Part shown: positions 40,826 to 50,570 of the stretch, piece by piece
Position numbering within the stretch: position 1 is the first letter of the stretch
How the letters are laid out: every line of letters starts with the position of its first letter
DNA from: Sulfolobales archaeon
GTDB lineage: Archaea; Thermoproteota; Thermoprotei_A; Sulfolobales; AG1
Length of the DNA stretch: 64,000 nucleotides
Assembly: GCA_038867615.1 (NCBI GenBank)
Contig: JAWBYA010000001.1
Span: forward strand, 384,001-448,000
Direction: 5' to 3'
The notes under the pieces: generated by a model
The model's database searches: none
Seen by the model: only the letters and a program-made list of their open reading frames with translations
Told to the model about the DNA's origin: nothing
Program-made: the position numbers and the translations under genes

Positions 40826-41068
40826 CTACAATACACCTGGAGAGAGTATAAAGCGCTCTCCACGCCTTAATCCAGATCTTCTTAACGATCTATGGCGATG
40901 CCGATCTTTGGGCGAAATACCGAGGTATAGTGGATATTGGAATAAACACTGTGATCCTAGATCGACGTGGCTAGAGGCTCGACAACCCTTGCTCGAGCAT
41001 TATTCAATAATCATGTTATAAGTAGCATATCTAATACCTTGGGTAGCGAATAAGTAGTAGGGCTTTAT

Positions 41069-42328
41069 ATGACGTCTTTTAACGCTGATCTCATAGTTAG
41101 AGCTAAACTTGTACTCTCCCTCCCAAACGTTGTGAGGGGTCGTGCTGATTGCAGATCTCTTGGCTGTGTTGAAGATGGGGCTATAGCTATTAGGAATGGT
41201 AGGATCGTTTCTGTAGGGCTTAGCGATGATATTCTCAGGAGGTATAGGGCTAGGAGGTATATAGATGCCTCTGGACATATTGTTACCCCAGGTCTTGTTG
41301 ATCCCCATACCCATTTGTTATACCACGGATCCAGGGAGGATGAGAGGGAGGAGATCCTTGGGGGAGTGTCTTACGGGGATATACTGGCTAGGGGAGGCGG
41401 GATTCTGAGAACAATGAGGGAGACTTCGAAGGCGGATCGAGAGATCCTTTTAACATCGTTGGCAACCAGGATAGACGCTTTGTTAGAGAGTGGTGTGACA
41501 ACTGTTGAGGTGAAGACCGGCTATGGGTTATCGCCTCGGGATGAGGCAAGGCTTCTCGAGATCCTTGGCGAGGCTGTTAAGGCAAGCCGTGTGGATATCG
41601 TGCCAACACTGCTTGCCCACGTACCGATGCCTGGTGTTGATTTCAAAACCCTTGTTGAGGCCTATAGGGATAGCTTGGTTCCAAGGGCTCTGGAGCTTGG
41701 GGTGAGGTTTATAGATGTTTTCTGCGATAGAGGCGCCTTTAACCCTGAGGAGTCGAGGATCCTTCTGAGTCTTGGGAGAAGCCTAGGCCTGGTTCCACGG
41801 ATCCATGCGGATGAGTTCAGCTATATAGGATGCAGCGATGTTGGTTTAGAGGTCCAGGCAGCATCACTCGATCATCTCAACCAAACACCCTCAGAGATTG
41901 TTAGAAGAATCGCGGCAAGCGATTCAACAGCAATACTCGCCCCAAGCACGGCTCTAGCTATAGTTGGTAAGAAGCCTCCCTCAAGAGAGCTCCTAGATCT
42001 CGGGGCCATAGTAGCGATAGCAACCGACCACTCCCCAGCCCTTATGAACCTCAACATGGTTGAGACAATAAACCTTGCTGTCAACTATCTCTCAATACCC
42101 CCGGGAAACGCCATAGCCGCTGCTACTGTCAACGCTGCCCATAGCCTTGGGCTGAAGGGCGAGGTTGGATCTATTGTTGAGGGTTCAAAAGCGGATCTCG
42201 TTATATGGTCCTTCCCCCACTATAGGTGGTTTGGCTATCTAATGCACAGATCCCCCATAATGTGTGTGATAAAAAACGGCGTGGTTGTTAAGAACCCAGG
42301 TGGTTGTATCGTGCATGAGGGGCTGTGA
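41069..42328 (+). CDS. hutI: Imidazolonepropionase
   Basis: PGLVDPHTH, GGGILRTMRET, EVKTGYGL, DVFCD, IHADE, ATD. Confidence 0.93.
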   Translation: MTSFNADLIVRAKLVLSLPNVVRGRADCRSLGCVEDGAIAIRNGRIVSVGLSDDILRRYRARRYIDASGHIVTPGLVDPHTHLLYHGSREDEREEILGGVSYGDILARGGGILRTMRETSKADREILLTSLATRIDALLESGVTTVEVKTGYGLSPRDEARLLEILGEAVKASRVDIVPTLLAHVPMPGVDFKTLVEAYRDSLVPRALELGVRFIDVFCDRGAFNPEESRILLSLGRSLGLVPRIHADEFSYIGCSDVGLEVQAASLDHLNQTPSEIVRRIAASDSTAILAPSTALAIVGKKPPSRELLDLGAIVAIATDHSPALMNLNMVETINLAVNYLSIPPGNAIAAATVNAAHSLGLKGEVGSIVEGSKADLVIWSFPHYRWFGYLMHRSPIMCVIKNGVVVKNPGGCIVHEGL

Positions 42329-42349
42329 TATCTAATAACAGGTTCCAGG

Positions 42350-43276
42350 TTATTGAGGGGCTTTATGTCTCGCAGAGCTCGTCCACATGTTATTGATAAT
42401 TCTGTAGGCTATCAGGGCTAGGTTTCTCCCACATAGATCTCCTTGGTCTAGTGGTGGTGTGTATTCAACAATATCTCCTCCCACGATCCTGTATCTCTTC
42501 ATAACCATGTCGAGGATCTTTACAGCGTCTTTGAGAGAGATCCCTAGGGGTGATGGTGAGTTCACTCCGGGGCATTGTGAGGGATCCAGGGAGTCGGAGT
42601 CAAAGCTAATATATATCCAGTCAACGTTTGAAAAGATCTCGTCAAGAGTGTTGACCACGCTTCCAATATCTAGGTCATCTGAGTAGAGGTACTTAACCCC
42701 AAGCTTCTCGGCTAGGCTGAGCATGTATCTAGGAGTACTATGGCTCCTCACACCTATAACCGCTACTCTAAGCCTATCACCTCTTTCGGAGAGAAGATCT
42801 CTGAGATATGTTCCTGATGAGAGGCCTTCGGATAGTTCTCTCAGGTCTAGATGGGCGTCGAAGACTAGAAGCCCGGCTCTCCCGCCAAGCGTTTCTAGGG
42901 CTGAGGATACTGAGTATCTCGTGATGCTATGATCCCCTCCCAGTAGTAGGAAGCCTTTGCAGGTTCTCGATAGATTCTCGACAGCCTCATAGATTCTCTG
43001 CGAGGTTTTTCCAAGATCGCCTGGTGCGATCGCTATATCTCCCCAATCACACAAACACAGATCTTTATGGAGGTTATAGCTATAGAGATACTCCCTAAGC
43101 CTGGATGGTGCGAACCTAGCCCCAGGCCTCCCAGCGGTACTCCAATCCCAGGGAACTCCGGCTATGCATAGGCATTCTGATGGGCAGTTGGTGCTACTCC
43201 TAACAATATCGCCTAGCCTCAGATCCCCGGGATCCCTGATCATTCTCTCCCCGGGTTTTCTGAAAACGCTCATCAC
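42350..43276 (-). CDS. hutG: Formimidoylglutamase (arginase/ureohydrolase family)
   Basis: GRPGARFAP, GGDHS, FDAHLD, SFDSDSLDP; lies within the hut cluster. Confidence 0.82.
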   Translation of the reverse strand: MMSVFRKPGERMIRDPGDLRLGDIVRSSTNCPSECLCIAGVPWDWSTAGRPGARFAPSRLREYLYSYNLHKDLCLCDWGDIAIAPGDLGKTSQRIYEAVENLSRTCKGFLLLGGDHSITRYSVSSALETLGGRAGLLVFDAHLDLRELSEGLSSGTYLRDLLSERGDRLRVAVIGVRSHSTPRYMLSLAEKLGVKYLYSDDLDIGSVVNTLDEIFSNVDWIYISFDSDSLDPSQCPGVNSPSPLGISLKDAVKILDMVMKRYRIVGGDIVEYTPPLDQGDLCGRNLALIAYRIINNMWTSSARHKAPQ

Positions 43277-43374
43277 GCATCCCTAGATTCTAGCGGATCC
43301 CTGCAGATATATTGCTTTGAAGGCTTGATCCTTGTTTCTATGCCTTATTGTTCTGTATTGATTCTGATCTTTGC

Positions 43375-44856
43375 CTAGTATCCAACCATCTCCAGGATCT
43401 TTGATAGTGTTGCCTCGACAGAACTGCCTAGGGGTTGGGTTTCGACAGGGATCTCCAGGATCTTTTCTACAGGGTCTCTCACACGCTTGCTTGAGCTATC
43501 TATCCAGCCCCTCATTGATAGGGCTCTCGCCATGACCATGATCTCTATCGCTGCTATCCTCATCCCCAGCTCCACTATCTCTAGAGCCTTAAGCCCTGCG
43601 TTGAGGGAGTTGCTCACATGATCCTCGTGGTTTGCTGATGTTGGTGTGTTATCAACGGTTGCTGGGTATGCTAGGCCTCTAGCCCTGTTTATGAGGGATG
43701 CTGCTAGGTATTGGAGCATCATGAAGCCAGGGCTTTTCCCAGGGTCTTTTGAGAGGAATGGTGGGAGGCCTCTGTTCATGTTCGCGTCAAGTATTGCTGC
43801 TACTCTTCTCTCGCTCTGTGTGAGGGCTGGGATCAGGGCTATTGAGAGGAGATCCATGGCTATCCCGATCGAGATCCCGTGGAAGTTGCACCCACTAACA
43901 CACCTCCCCCTCATGAACAGGGGGTTATCGGTTACAGCGTTTATCTCCCTATCTATTGTTTCTCTCACAAAGCCGATGGCATCGCTTAGGGCTCCAAGGA
44001 TCTGGGGGATGCATCTATAGCTATATATATCCTGGACAACGCCAGACCTACCTAGGTTTCCCGAGCCCTCTAGGATCTCTCTCAACCTCTCACCCTCTCT
44101 AGAGGCGCCTGGGTGTCTCTTCAACAAGCATAGATCTGGGTCTAGATGCTCTCCAGGCGTCCCCATAGCCTCCATAGCGATGGCGCCTCCGAGTTCGAGC
44201 ATTTTGAGAAGCCTCTCAGCCCCTACGAGTGCGTGGACGGCTATTGATGTTGACATAGCGGTGTTGTTGATTATTGAGAGAGCCTCTTTAGGACCTAGGG
44301 AGATGGGCTCTAACCCCTCCTCTCTGAGAGCCTCGGCAGCATCCATCCTCCTCCCCCTCTTCTCAACAAGCCCTTCTCCGGCGAGGGCTAGGCCTATATA
44401 GGCCATTGGTGCTAGATCCCCGCTAGCACCTAGAGATCCGTATCTAGGGACTATGGGTACTATGTCTCTGTTAAGCATCTCGACCAAAAGCCCCGGGATC
44501 TCTGGCGACACGGCTGAGTATCCATTTAGTAATTGTTTAGCAAGGATCGCCATGGCTCCCCTCACAATACCCCGATCCAGAGGCTGTCCCGAACCAGTTG
44601 CATGCTCCCTCAAAAAATCCCTAGATCTCTTAGCAAACTCCACAGGATCTACGGAATAACCCTTTAAACCTCCAACGCCTGTTGAAACACCATAGCATCT
44701 CTCACCCCTCATAATAATATTTTCTAGAAACTCCTCACGCCTCTTCCTAAGGATCTCAACAGCACTACCTTCTATTTTAGCCGAAGCAAGACCTATAGAG
44801 ATCATCCACACATCCCTATAACCAACAAACCCAGAAAGATCTATAACAAGCCCCAA
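43375..44856 (-). CDS. hutH: Histidine ammonia-lyase
   Basis: YGVSTGVG, GSLGASGDLAP (MIO-forming ASG), QDIYSYRC, NHEDHVS; start taken at TTG 44856. Confidence 0.92.
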   Translation of the reverse strand: MGLVIDLSGFVGYRDVWMISIGLASAKIEGSAVEILRKRREEFLENIIMRGERCYGVSTGVGGLKGYSVDPVEFAKRSRDFLREHATGSGQPLDRGIVRGAMAILAKQLLNGYSAVSPEIPGLLVEMLNRDIVPIVPRYGSLGASGDLAPMAYIGLALAGEGLVEKRGRRMDAAEALREEGLEPISLGPKEALSIINNTAMSTSIAVHALVGAERLLKMLELGGAIAMEAMGTPGEHLDPDLCLLKRHPGASREGERLREILEGSGNLGRSGVVQDIYSYRCIPQILGALSDAIGFVRETIDREINAVTDNPLFMRGRCVSGCNFHGISIGIAMDLLSIALIPALTQSERRVAAILDANMNRGLPPFLSKDPGKSPGFMMLQYLAASLINRARGLAYPATVDNTPTSANHEDHVSNSLNAGLKALEIVELGMRIAAIEIMVMARALSMRGWIDSSSKRVRDPVEKILEIPVETQPLGSSVEATLSKILEMVGY

Positions 44857-44982
44857 TAACACTCCCAACACACTATACAACTGGCTACATATAAAAACAA
44901 CAAAAACACAAGGGGGCATTGCAGACAATTCAATGATCCATGGGTTAGCCGCAGGGTTGGGGAACCTGAATCCACAGGATTT

Positions 44983-45108
44983 TTACTCGAACTCCTCCTC
45001 AAGATCTATATCGGCTAGGTCTCCTAACCTGGCCTCCTTACCACCGATCCTCTCTCTTCTCCCCCTGATCCACTCAATGATCTCTTCTATAGTAGATCGA
45101 CGACTCAT
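44983..45108 (-). CDS. 41-aa acidic-tailed peptide resembling an antitoxin C-terminus (possible remnant)
   Basis: Hand translation MSRRSTIEEIIEWIRGRRERIGGKEARLGDLADIDLEEEFE*; not in the ORF track. Confidence 0.35.
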   Translation of the reverse strand: MSRRSTIEEIIEWIRGRRERIGGKEARLGDLADIDLEEEFE

Positions 45109-45258
45109 TTTCCCCCACTCTATATATCTCCCCCTTTCAATTCTATAATAGATCTGCTTACCTCTATTTTATTCTTATCCTGCTTATGAGTTTTTGATGA
45201 TCTAGTATAGGATTGAGCGTTATAAGGTTGCTGCATTTATGTTGTTTGGTGCTGTGGT

Positions 45259-46194
45259 CTGCGTGTTCTTGTTACTGGTGGTGCTGGTTTTATAGGCCAT
45301 AATATCGCTATCCATCTCTTCTCAAGGGGTTTCGATGTGGTTGTATATGATAGCATGGAGAGGGCTTCTAGGCTTGGCGTTAGGAGGCTTGGGGAGCTCG
45401 GGATCCCTGTTGTGAGGGTCGATGCTATGGGGGTGAGGGATCTCAGGGGTTTCGATGTGGTTGTCCACTGTGCTGCTTATGTTGATGTTGCTGAGTCTAT
45501 GGAGAACCCTGGGATCTATTTTAGCAATAATGTTGCTGGAACTGCTAGTGTCGCTAAGGCTTCCGCCGATTCAGGCTCTCTGATGATCTATGTGAGCTCT
45601 GCCTCTGTCTATGGAGATCCTGTGAAGATCCCTATACCAGAGGATCATCCCATAAAGCCTATCTCCCCATATGGTTTGAGCAAGGCTATGGGGGAGCAAG
45701 TTGTCGAGCTCTTCTCAAGGATCTATGGTTTGAAATATATAATCCTGAGACTCTTCAACGTCTACGGCCCCGGGCAGAGCCAATCATACGCGGGGGTTAT
45801 AACCAGGTTTATAGAGAGCGTCTTGAGAAGAGAACCCCCAAGGATCTATGGCGATGGAACCCAGACAAGGGATTTCATCCACGTATCAGACGTAGCCAGG
45901 GCTGTAGAGCTCGCTATAGAGAGAAAAGCCTATAACGAGGTATTCAACATAGGATCCGGAAAACAGATCTCGATCCTAGAGCTAGCCAAGCTAATAATGA
46001 GGCTAGCAAACCTCGAAGGAGAACCAGTGTTCGACAAACCAAGGCCTGGTGATATAAAGCACAGCCTCGCAGACATATCGAGGGCTAGAAAAATCCTCGG
46101 CTTCGAACCCTCAATACCCCTAGAAAAAGGTCTCGAGGATCTATTGAGAACATGGTATAGATATCAGTCTACAAACCATTCTTCACCGCCATAG
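45259..46194 (+). CDS. NAD-dependent epimerase/dehydratase (UDP-glucose 4-epimerase-like)
   Basis: The Rossmann motif RVLVTGGAGFIG lies upstream of the track start, implying a CTG start at 45259; SSASVYG, YGLSK, FNVYGP, RDFIHV. Confidence 0.9.
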   Translation: MRVLVTGGAGFIGHNIAIHLFSRGFDVVVYDSMERASRLGVRRLGELGIPVVRVDAMGVRDLRGFDVVVHCAAYVDVAESMENPGIYFSNNVAGTASVAKASADSGSLMIYVSSASVYGDPVKIPIPEDHPIKPISPYGLSKAMGEQVVELFSRIYGLKYIILRLFNVYGPGQSQSYAGVITRFIESVLRREPPRIYGDGTQTRDFIHVSDVARAVELAIERKAYNEVFNIGSGKQISILELAKLIMRLANLEGEPVFDKPRPGDIKHSLADISRARKILGFEPSIPLEKGLEDLLRTWYRYQSTNHSSPP

Positions 46195-46842
46195 ATCATT
46201 AAAACCACATTTAGAAACCTCCTAACATTCGCATAAAATCTGTTGGCAACGATCCGGTCTCTATAGACTCTAGGTGATGGAAGCAACATTCTAAGCCATT
46301 CGAGGATGATCTACTAAACCTGAACCTAAACAAGGGCCCATGCTGTTGAGCTCAACGGCAGCCCACGAACCCATGTGGATAAAAAGATCCCTGTGGCGCG
46401 TTGAAGTCACTTGATATGGCCATGAATGAAGATAAAGTGATCTGAATGAATATCCAGGGACATACGGTTTAGGGTGGATCCAAAGACCGGGGTTCAGGTT
46501 TCATAGCGGTTTTCTCTATCAACCGCTCTTCCCATATCCTCGGTCTCGGCTCAATGCTGTGGGGAACCCTACATCCTGGCTTTTATTTAACCCGCCTGCT
46601 TGGGTCTCTATCTCTATCCTCGTTGAATGTTACCATAGGACTATGATCTAATATCAATCCATATAAACCATCGTGAAACTCGAAACAGTCGGCTACAGCG
46701 GCTTGAGGGTGTGGAGCTTTATCTTTTAGTAGTGTTATGGTCGTGTTCTCAGCTTGCTGATGCAGGTCTTGCAGGCACAGATATATTCTAATTAAAATGA
46801 AGGGTTCGGGTTTGTGTGGATATTAAGAGGCGAGGATCTGTT

Positions 46843-48048
46843 TTAGGTTTGTGGTTTGCTTAGTTTTGAGGCGAACATTATTAGTTCTAGGTCGTGGTAT
46901 CTTTTCCCAATGATCTGTATTCCTACTGGCATGCCTTGGGATTTTAGGAGGGGTATTGATATTGCTGGGGCTCCTACGAGGGATGGGTAGATCACGTTGC
47001 TTGTGAGTATTGCTCTTATCTCTCCATCTTCTTTTCCCAGGACTTCCTCGATTTTTGGTGCTGGGATTGGGGTTGTTGGTGTTACTAGGAAGTCAACTTC
47101 TTTCATGGCTTTATCGAACTCCCTGGTTATTGCTTCCTTCATGTGGAGGGCCTCTATATATTCTGTAGCCTTGTACTCGAGCCCTCTCTCTAGTAGTCTT
47201 CTCACATCTTGGTGGAGCTCTCCCCACCTATCCCTTATGCCTAGGAATGTTCTTGTAGCCTCGCTATACCTTATTGCTGGGAATACTGAGTATAGGTTTC
47301 TCACTGCTAGCTCTAGCTCGACCTCCTTGTATTTGAAGCCTGATAGGAATCTATAGAATTCCTTCTCAACCTCTTCGGAGGCTTTGAAGAGCCCTGAGGG
47401 GATCCCTAGCACGGCTTTATCCGGATCTATCTCTCTCACCTTCTTTCTAAGTATATCGGGTCTGGCTATGATCCTGAATACCCTCTCGATCCACTCGGTG
47501 TTAGAGGCAATGATCCCTACGTGGTCTAGGCTTGGGGCTAGGGGATAGAGCCCTGAGGAGGGGATCGAGCCGTAGCTGGGTTTCAGGCCATAGACGCCGC
47601 AGAGGGATGAAGGGATCCTCACAGAACCCGCTGTATCACTCCCAAGAGCTACTGGGACAATCCCCGCTGCAACTGCTGCTGCAGAGCCACCGCTACTCCC
47701 ACCAGCTATTCTTGAGAGATCGTGGGGGTTTCTCGTAGGGCCGAAAACCGAGGATGTTGTTGTAACGCCTGAGGCTAGCTCGTGTGTGTTGGTTTTTCCA
47801 ACCATGATCCCGCCTGATCTCTTGATCCTGCGGATAACCTCGGCATCTATAGATGGTATGAGGTCGTAGAAGACCTTGGAGCCGAGGGTTGTTCTAATAC
47901 CCCTCGTCATAATGTTATCTTTAACAGCTATTGGGAAGATCTCTAAACCCGCTGATAAAGCTTCTCTAGCCTCTTTCTCAGCGTTGGGGTTCCACGTAAC
48001 TATAGCGTTGATCTTCTTGTTCTCCTCTATAGCGTTGAGGGATCTCAT
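46843..48048 (-). CDS. Amidase-signature family enzyme
   Basis: AVKDNI, GGSSGGSAAAVA, GSDTAGSVRIP (Lys-cisSer-Ser triad). Confidence 0.92.
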   Translation of the reverse strand: MRSLNAIEENKKINAIVTWNPNAEKEAREALSAGLEIFPIAVKDNIMTRGIRTTLGSKVFYDLIPSIDAEVIRRIKRSGGIMVGKTNTHELASGVTTTSSVFGPTRNPHDLSRIAGGSSGGSAAAVAAGIVPVALGSDTAGSVRIPSSLCGVYGLKPSYGSIPSSGLYPLAPSLDHVGIIASNTEWIERVFRIIARPDILRKKVREIDPDKAVLGIPSGLFKASEEVEKEFYRFLSGFKYKEVELELAVRNLYSVFPAIRYSEATRTFLGIRDRWGELHQDVRRLLERGLEYKATEYIEALHMKEAITREFDKAMKEVDFLVTPTTPIPAPKIEEVLGKEDGEIRAILTSNVIYPSLVGAPAISIPLLKSQGMPVGIQIIGKRYHDLELIMFASKLSKPQT

Positions 48049-48212
48049 GACAAGATCCAGGGTCGTGGAGCAACACCAAAAAGAATCACTATAAGAGCTA
48101 TATAATAGATGCTATTAACACCACACGATCCGCCTTAATCAATAGTAAGAAATAGAGCGTTGGAGAGGTAGGGATTTATATAGCCATCACCAAAAACACT
48201 TGGTGCCCCGGC

Positions 48213-49307
48213 TTGGTTGTTAAGGTTAGTGTCTCTCCCAATAAGAGATGCGCGGATCAAGAGGATGTTTGTCATAACAGATGGCACCCCGATATAAAGC
48301 CAGCTGTCGAGATAAGCCCGGGCGACGAGATCGTGCTAGAGACCCTCGATGCCCTGGATGGCCAGATAAGGGATACGCCTGACACTAGCGATATCGCTAA
48401 TATAGATGCAGGCCCTGTCCACCCGCTCACAGGGCCTATCTATGTTAAGGGCGCCGAGCCCGGTGATCTCCTAGTAGTGAGGATCCTTGATGCAGGACCT
48501 CTCGGAAGCTTTGGCTATACCTTTGTAACAAAGGGTTTCGGCTTTCTGAGAGACGTGTTCGACAAACCCTACAAGGTTAGGTGGGAGCTTGGGAGGCATT
48601 ACGCATCAAGCCCAGATATACCTGGTGTGAGGATCCCTGCAGCCCCCTTCCCAGGCGTGATTGGTGTCGCCCCGTCGAGGGAGCAGGTTAGGGAGTGGAG
48701 GTCTAGGGAGGCTGGGATAGCATCTAAAGGGGGTCTCGTGCTTCTTCCAGACCCGAGGGGTGCTGTACCCTCTAGAGAGCCGATAGCTTCTGAGGGTCTT
48801 AGGACGCTGCCTCCGAGGGAGAATGGGGGTAATCTCGATGTGAGGAACCTAGCACCAGGATCAGAGATCCTGTTCCCGGTTTTCGTGAGAGGAGCTCTAC
48901 TATCTGTTGGTGATATGCACTACGCCCAGGGTGATGGTGAGGTTAGTGTTACTGCTATAGAGATGGGGGGTGTTATAAGGCTCTCTATCTCTCTGATCAA
49001 GGATGGTGCTAGGAAGTATGGTTTGAAGAGGCCTCTCTATAGACCCTCGCCCCTCGCGGAAGCCTATAAAGACTATATATGCATAGCAGGGCTTAATCTG
49101 GATAGTGCTGAGGATGCTACGAGTGCTGCTAGGGATGGGCTTCTCAACATGATCGAGTTCTTGGAGAGGACTGGTTATGATAGATACCAGGCATATATTC
49201 TGTTCAGCGTGGCCGGTTTCCTCAGGCTGAGTCAGGTTGTTGATGTACCCACATATACAATCTCGGCGTGTATTCCTAGGGAGGTGTTTACAAAAATTTC
49301 TATCTAG
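48213..49307 (+). CDS. Acetamidase/formamidase family protein
   Basis: HNRWHPDI, HPLTGP, PRENGGNLD, GDMHYAQGDGEV..AIEM. Confidence 0.92.
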   Translation: MVVKVSVSPNKRCADQEDVCHNRWHPDIKPAVEISPGDEIVLETLDALDGQIRDTPDTSDIANIDAGPVHPLTGPIYVKGAEPGDLLVVRILDAGPLGSFGYTFVTKGFGFLRDVFDKPYKVRWELGRHYASSPDIPGVRIPAAPFPGVIGVAPSREQVREWRSREAGIASKGGLVLLPDPRGAVPSREPIASEGLRTLPPRENGGNLDVRNLAPGSEILFPVFVRGALLSVGDMHYAQGDGEVSVTAIEMGGVIRLSISLIKDGARKYGLKRPLYRPSPLAEAYKDYICIAGLNLDSAEDATSAARDGLLNMIEFLERTGYDRYQAYILFSVAGFLRLSQVVDVPTYTISACIPREVFTKISI

Positions 49308-49386
49308 CCTCGGCAAGCTGGCAAGTGTGGACTATATGTGTGGCTAAGCTTTTTAACGTCTCCTCGCTATACTTATTGGTGATGTC

Positions 49387-49668
49387 TTGCCGGCTCAGCA
49401 GAAGCCAGAGAGCCCTATAAAGGTTCTGAGGGCTGCTATGTCTAAGACTGTTATGGTTAAGCTGAAGGATGGTTCGGAGTTTGTGGGTAGGCTTGACCTT
49501 ACGGATGGGACTATGAATGTTGTTCTGAGCGATGCTGTGCAGGTTAGGGAGGGGAGCGATGAGCCTGCTACTAAGTTTGGGAAGATATTGATTAGGGGTA
49601 GCCAGATACTCTATATCTCTACTGACTATATCGCTACTGAGTATGGTGAGAAGAGCCTTACCGGCTAG
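49387..49668 (+). CDS. Sm-like archaeal protein (SmAP/Lsm)
   Basis: Sm1 VKLKDG..VGRL...D..MNVVL and Sm2 ILIRGSQI. Confidence 0.92.
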   Translation: MPAQQKPESPIKVLRAAMSKTVMVKLKDGSEFVGRLDLTDGTMNVVLSDAVQVREGSDEPATKFGKILIRGSQILYISTDYIATEYGEKSLTG

Positions 49669-49691
49669 GAGGTGGGTTTCTGCCCCTCCTG

Positions 49692-50570
49692 TTGAAGATC
49701 TATTCGGGCCTATCTAGGGAGGAGATCCTTGTTCTCAGAAGCCTTGCATCTCTTGTAAAGCTATATGAACACGTACCAGTAGAGGTTATTAAGAGGAGGA
49801 CGGGTCTTCCTGAGACACGTGTACCAAAGATCCTTAGGAGTCTTGTGGGCAGCCGTCTAATAGTTCCCCACAAGGTTTATGGGGATATGTATAGACCGAC
49901 ATTCATGGGGCTTAACATAGCCTCTCTACATGGCCTCCTCGGGAGGGGTGTTATAGATGCTCTTGGTGATAGGATAGGTGTTGGTAAGGAGAGCCTGGTA
50001 TACCTGGCATATAAGAATGGAGAGCCCTTGATCGTTAAGTTCCACAGGATAGGTATTAAGAGCTTCAGGCATGTGGTTAGGGTTAGGAGCTATGGCGGGG
50101 GGTTTGAGAGGCTCTGGTGGGGTGCTAGGAGTGTTATCTCTGCTGAGAGGGAGCACAGGGCGTTAGAGATCCTTAGCAGGGTTGGGGCTAGGGTTCCAAG
50201 GCCTTTTGGTAGGGAGTATAATGCTGTGGTTATGGAGTATATAGAGGGTGTCGATCTATATAGGGCTGGGGATCTTGAGAACCCCTTAGCTGTGTTGGAG
50301 GATATTATCGATACGGCTAGGAAGGCCTATATAGATGCTGGGATTGTTCACGGAGATCTAAGCCCCTTCAACGTTATTGTCTCGAGGGGTGGTGCTGAGA
50401 ATGGCTATGTTATTGACTGGCCCCAGTGGATCAAGGCTGGTGATCGTGTTTCCCACGAGATCCTTAGGAGGGATCTTAGATATATGGCTGAGTTCTTCTC
50501 TAAGAAATACGGGTTGGGAATAGATCCCGAGGATCTATTCGCAAGGGTTGTTGGGAGCGATGGGCGGTGA
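49692..50570 (+). CDS. rio2: RIO2-type atypical Ser/Thr kinase
   Basis: N-terminal wHTH, IGVGKES, VKFHRIG..SF, HGDLSPFN, IDWPQ. Confidence 0.9.
   Translation: MKIYSGLSREEILVLRSLASLVKLYEHVPVEVIKRRTGLPETRVPKILRSLVGSRLIVPHKVYGDMYRPTFMGLNIASLHGLLGRGVIDALGDRIGVGKESLVYLAYKNGEPLIVKFHRIGIKSFRHVVRVRSYGGGFERLWWGARSVISAEREHRALEILSRVGARVPRPFGREYNAVVMEYIEGVDLYRAGDLENPLAVLEDIIDTARKAYIDAGIVHGDLSPFNVIVSRGGAENGYVIDWPQWIKAGDRVSHEILRRDLRYMAEFFSKKYGLGIDPEDLFARVVGSDGR

Noticed and set aside
46274-46323. Possible C/D box sRNA (GTGATGG...GGATGA...CTGA)
   Set aside because: The C box is imperfect, guide spacing is irregular, and I could not recognise an rRNA or tRNA target by eye; a snoscan-type search would be needed.
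46200-46840. Long intergenic spacer as a hidden gene or mobile element (likewise 9900-10340 and 36510-37000)
   Set aside because: Only short broken frames, with no terminal inverted repeats, transposase or tRNA signature visible.
46843-48048. gatA (Glu-tRNA amidotransferase subunit A)
   Set aside because: Shorter than GatA, lacks GatA-specific segments, has no gatB/C neighbours, and is divergent from a formamidase-family gene; called a generic amidase.
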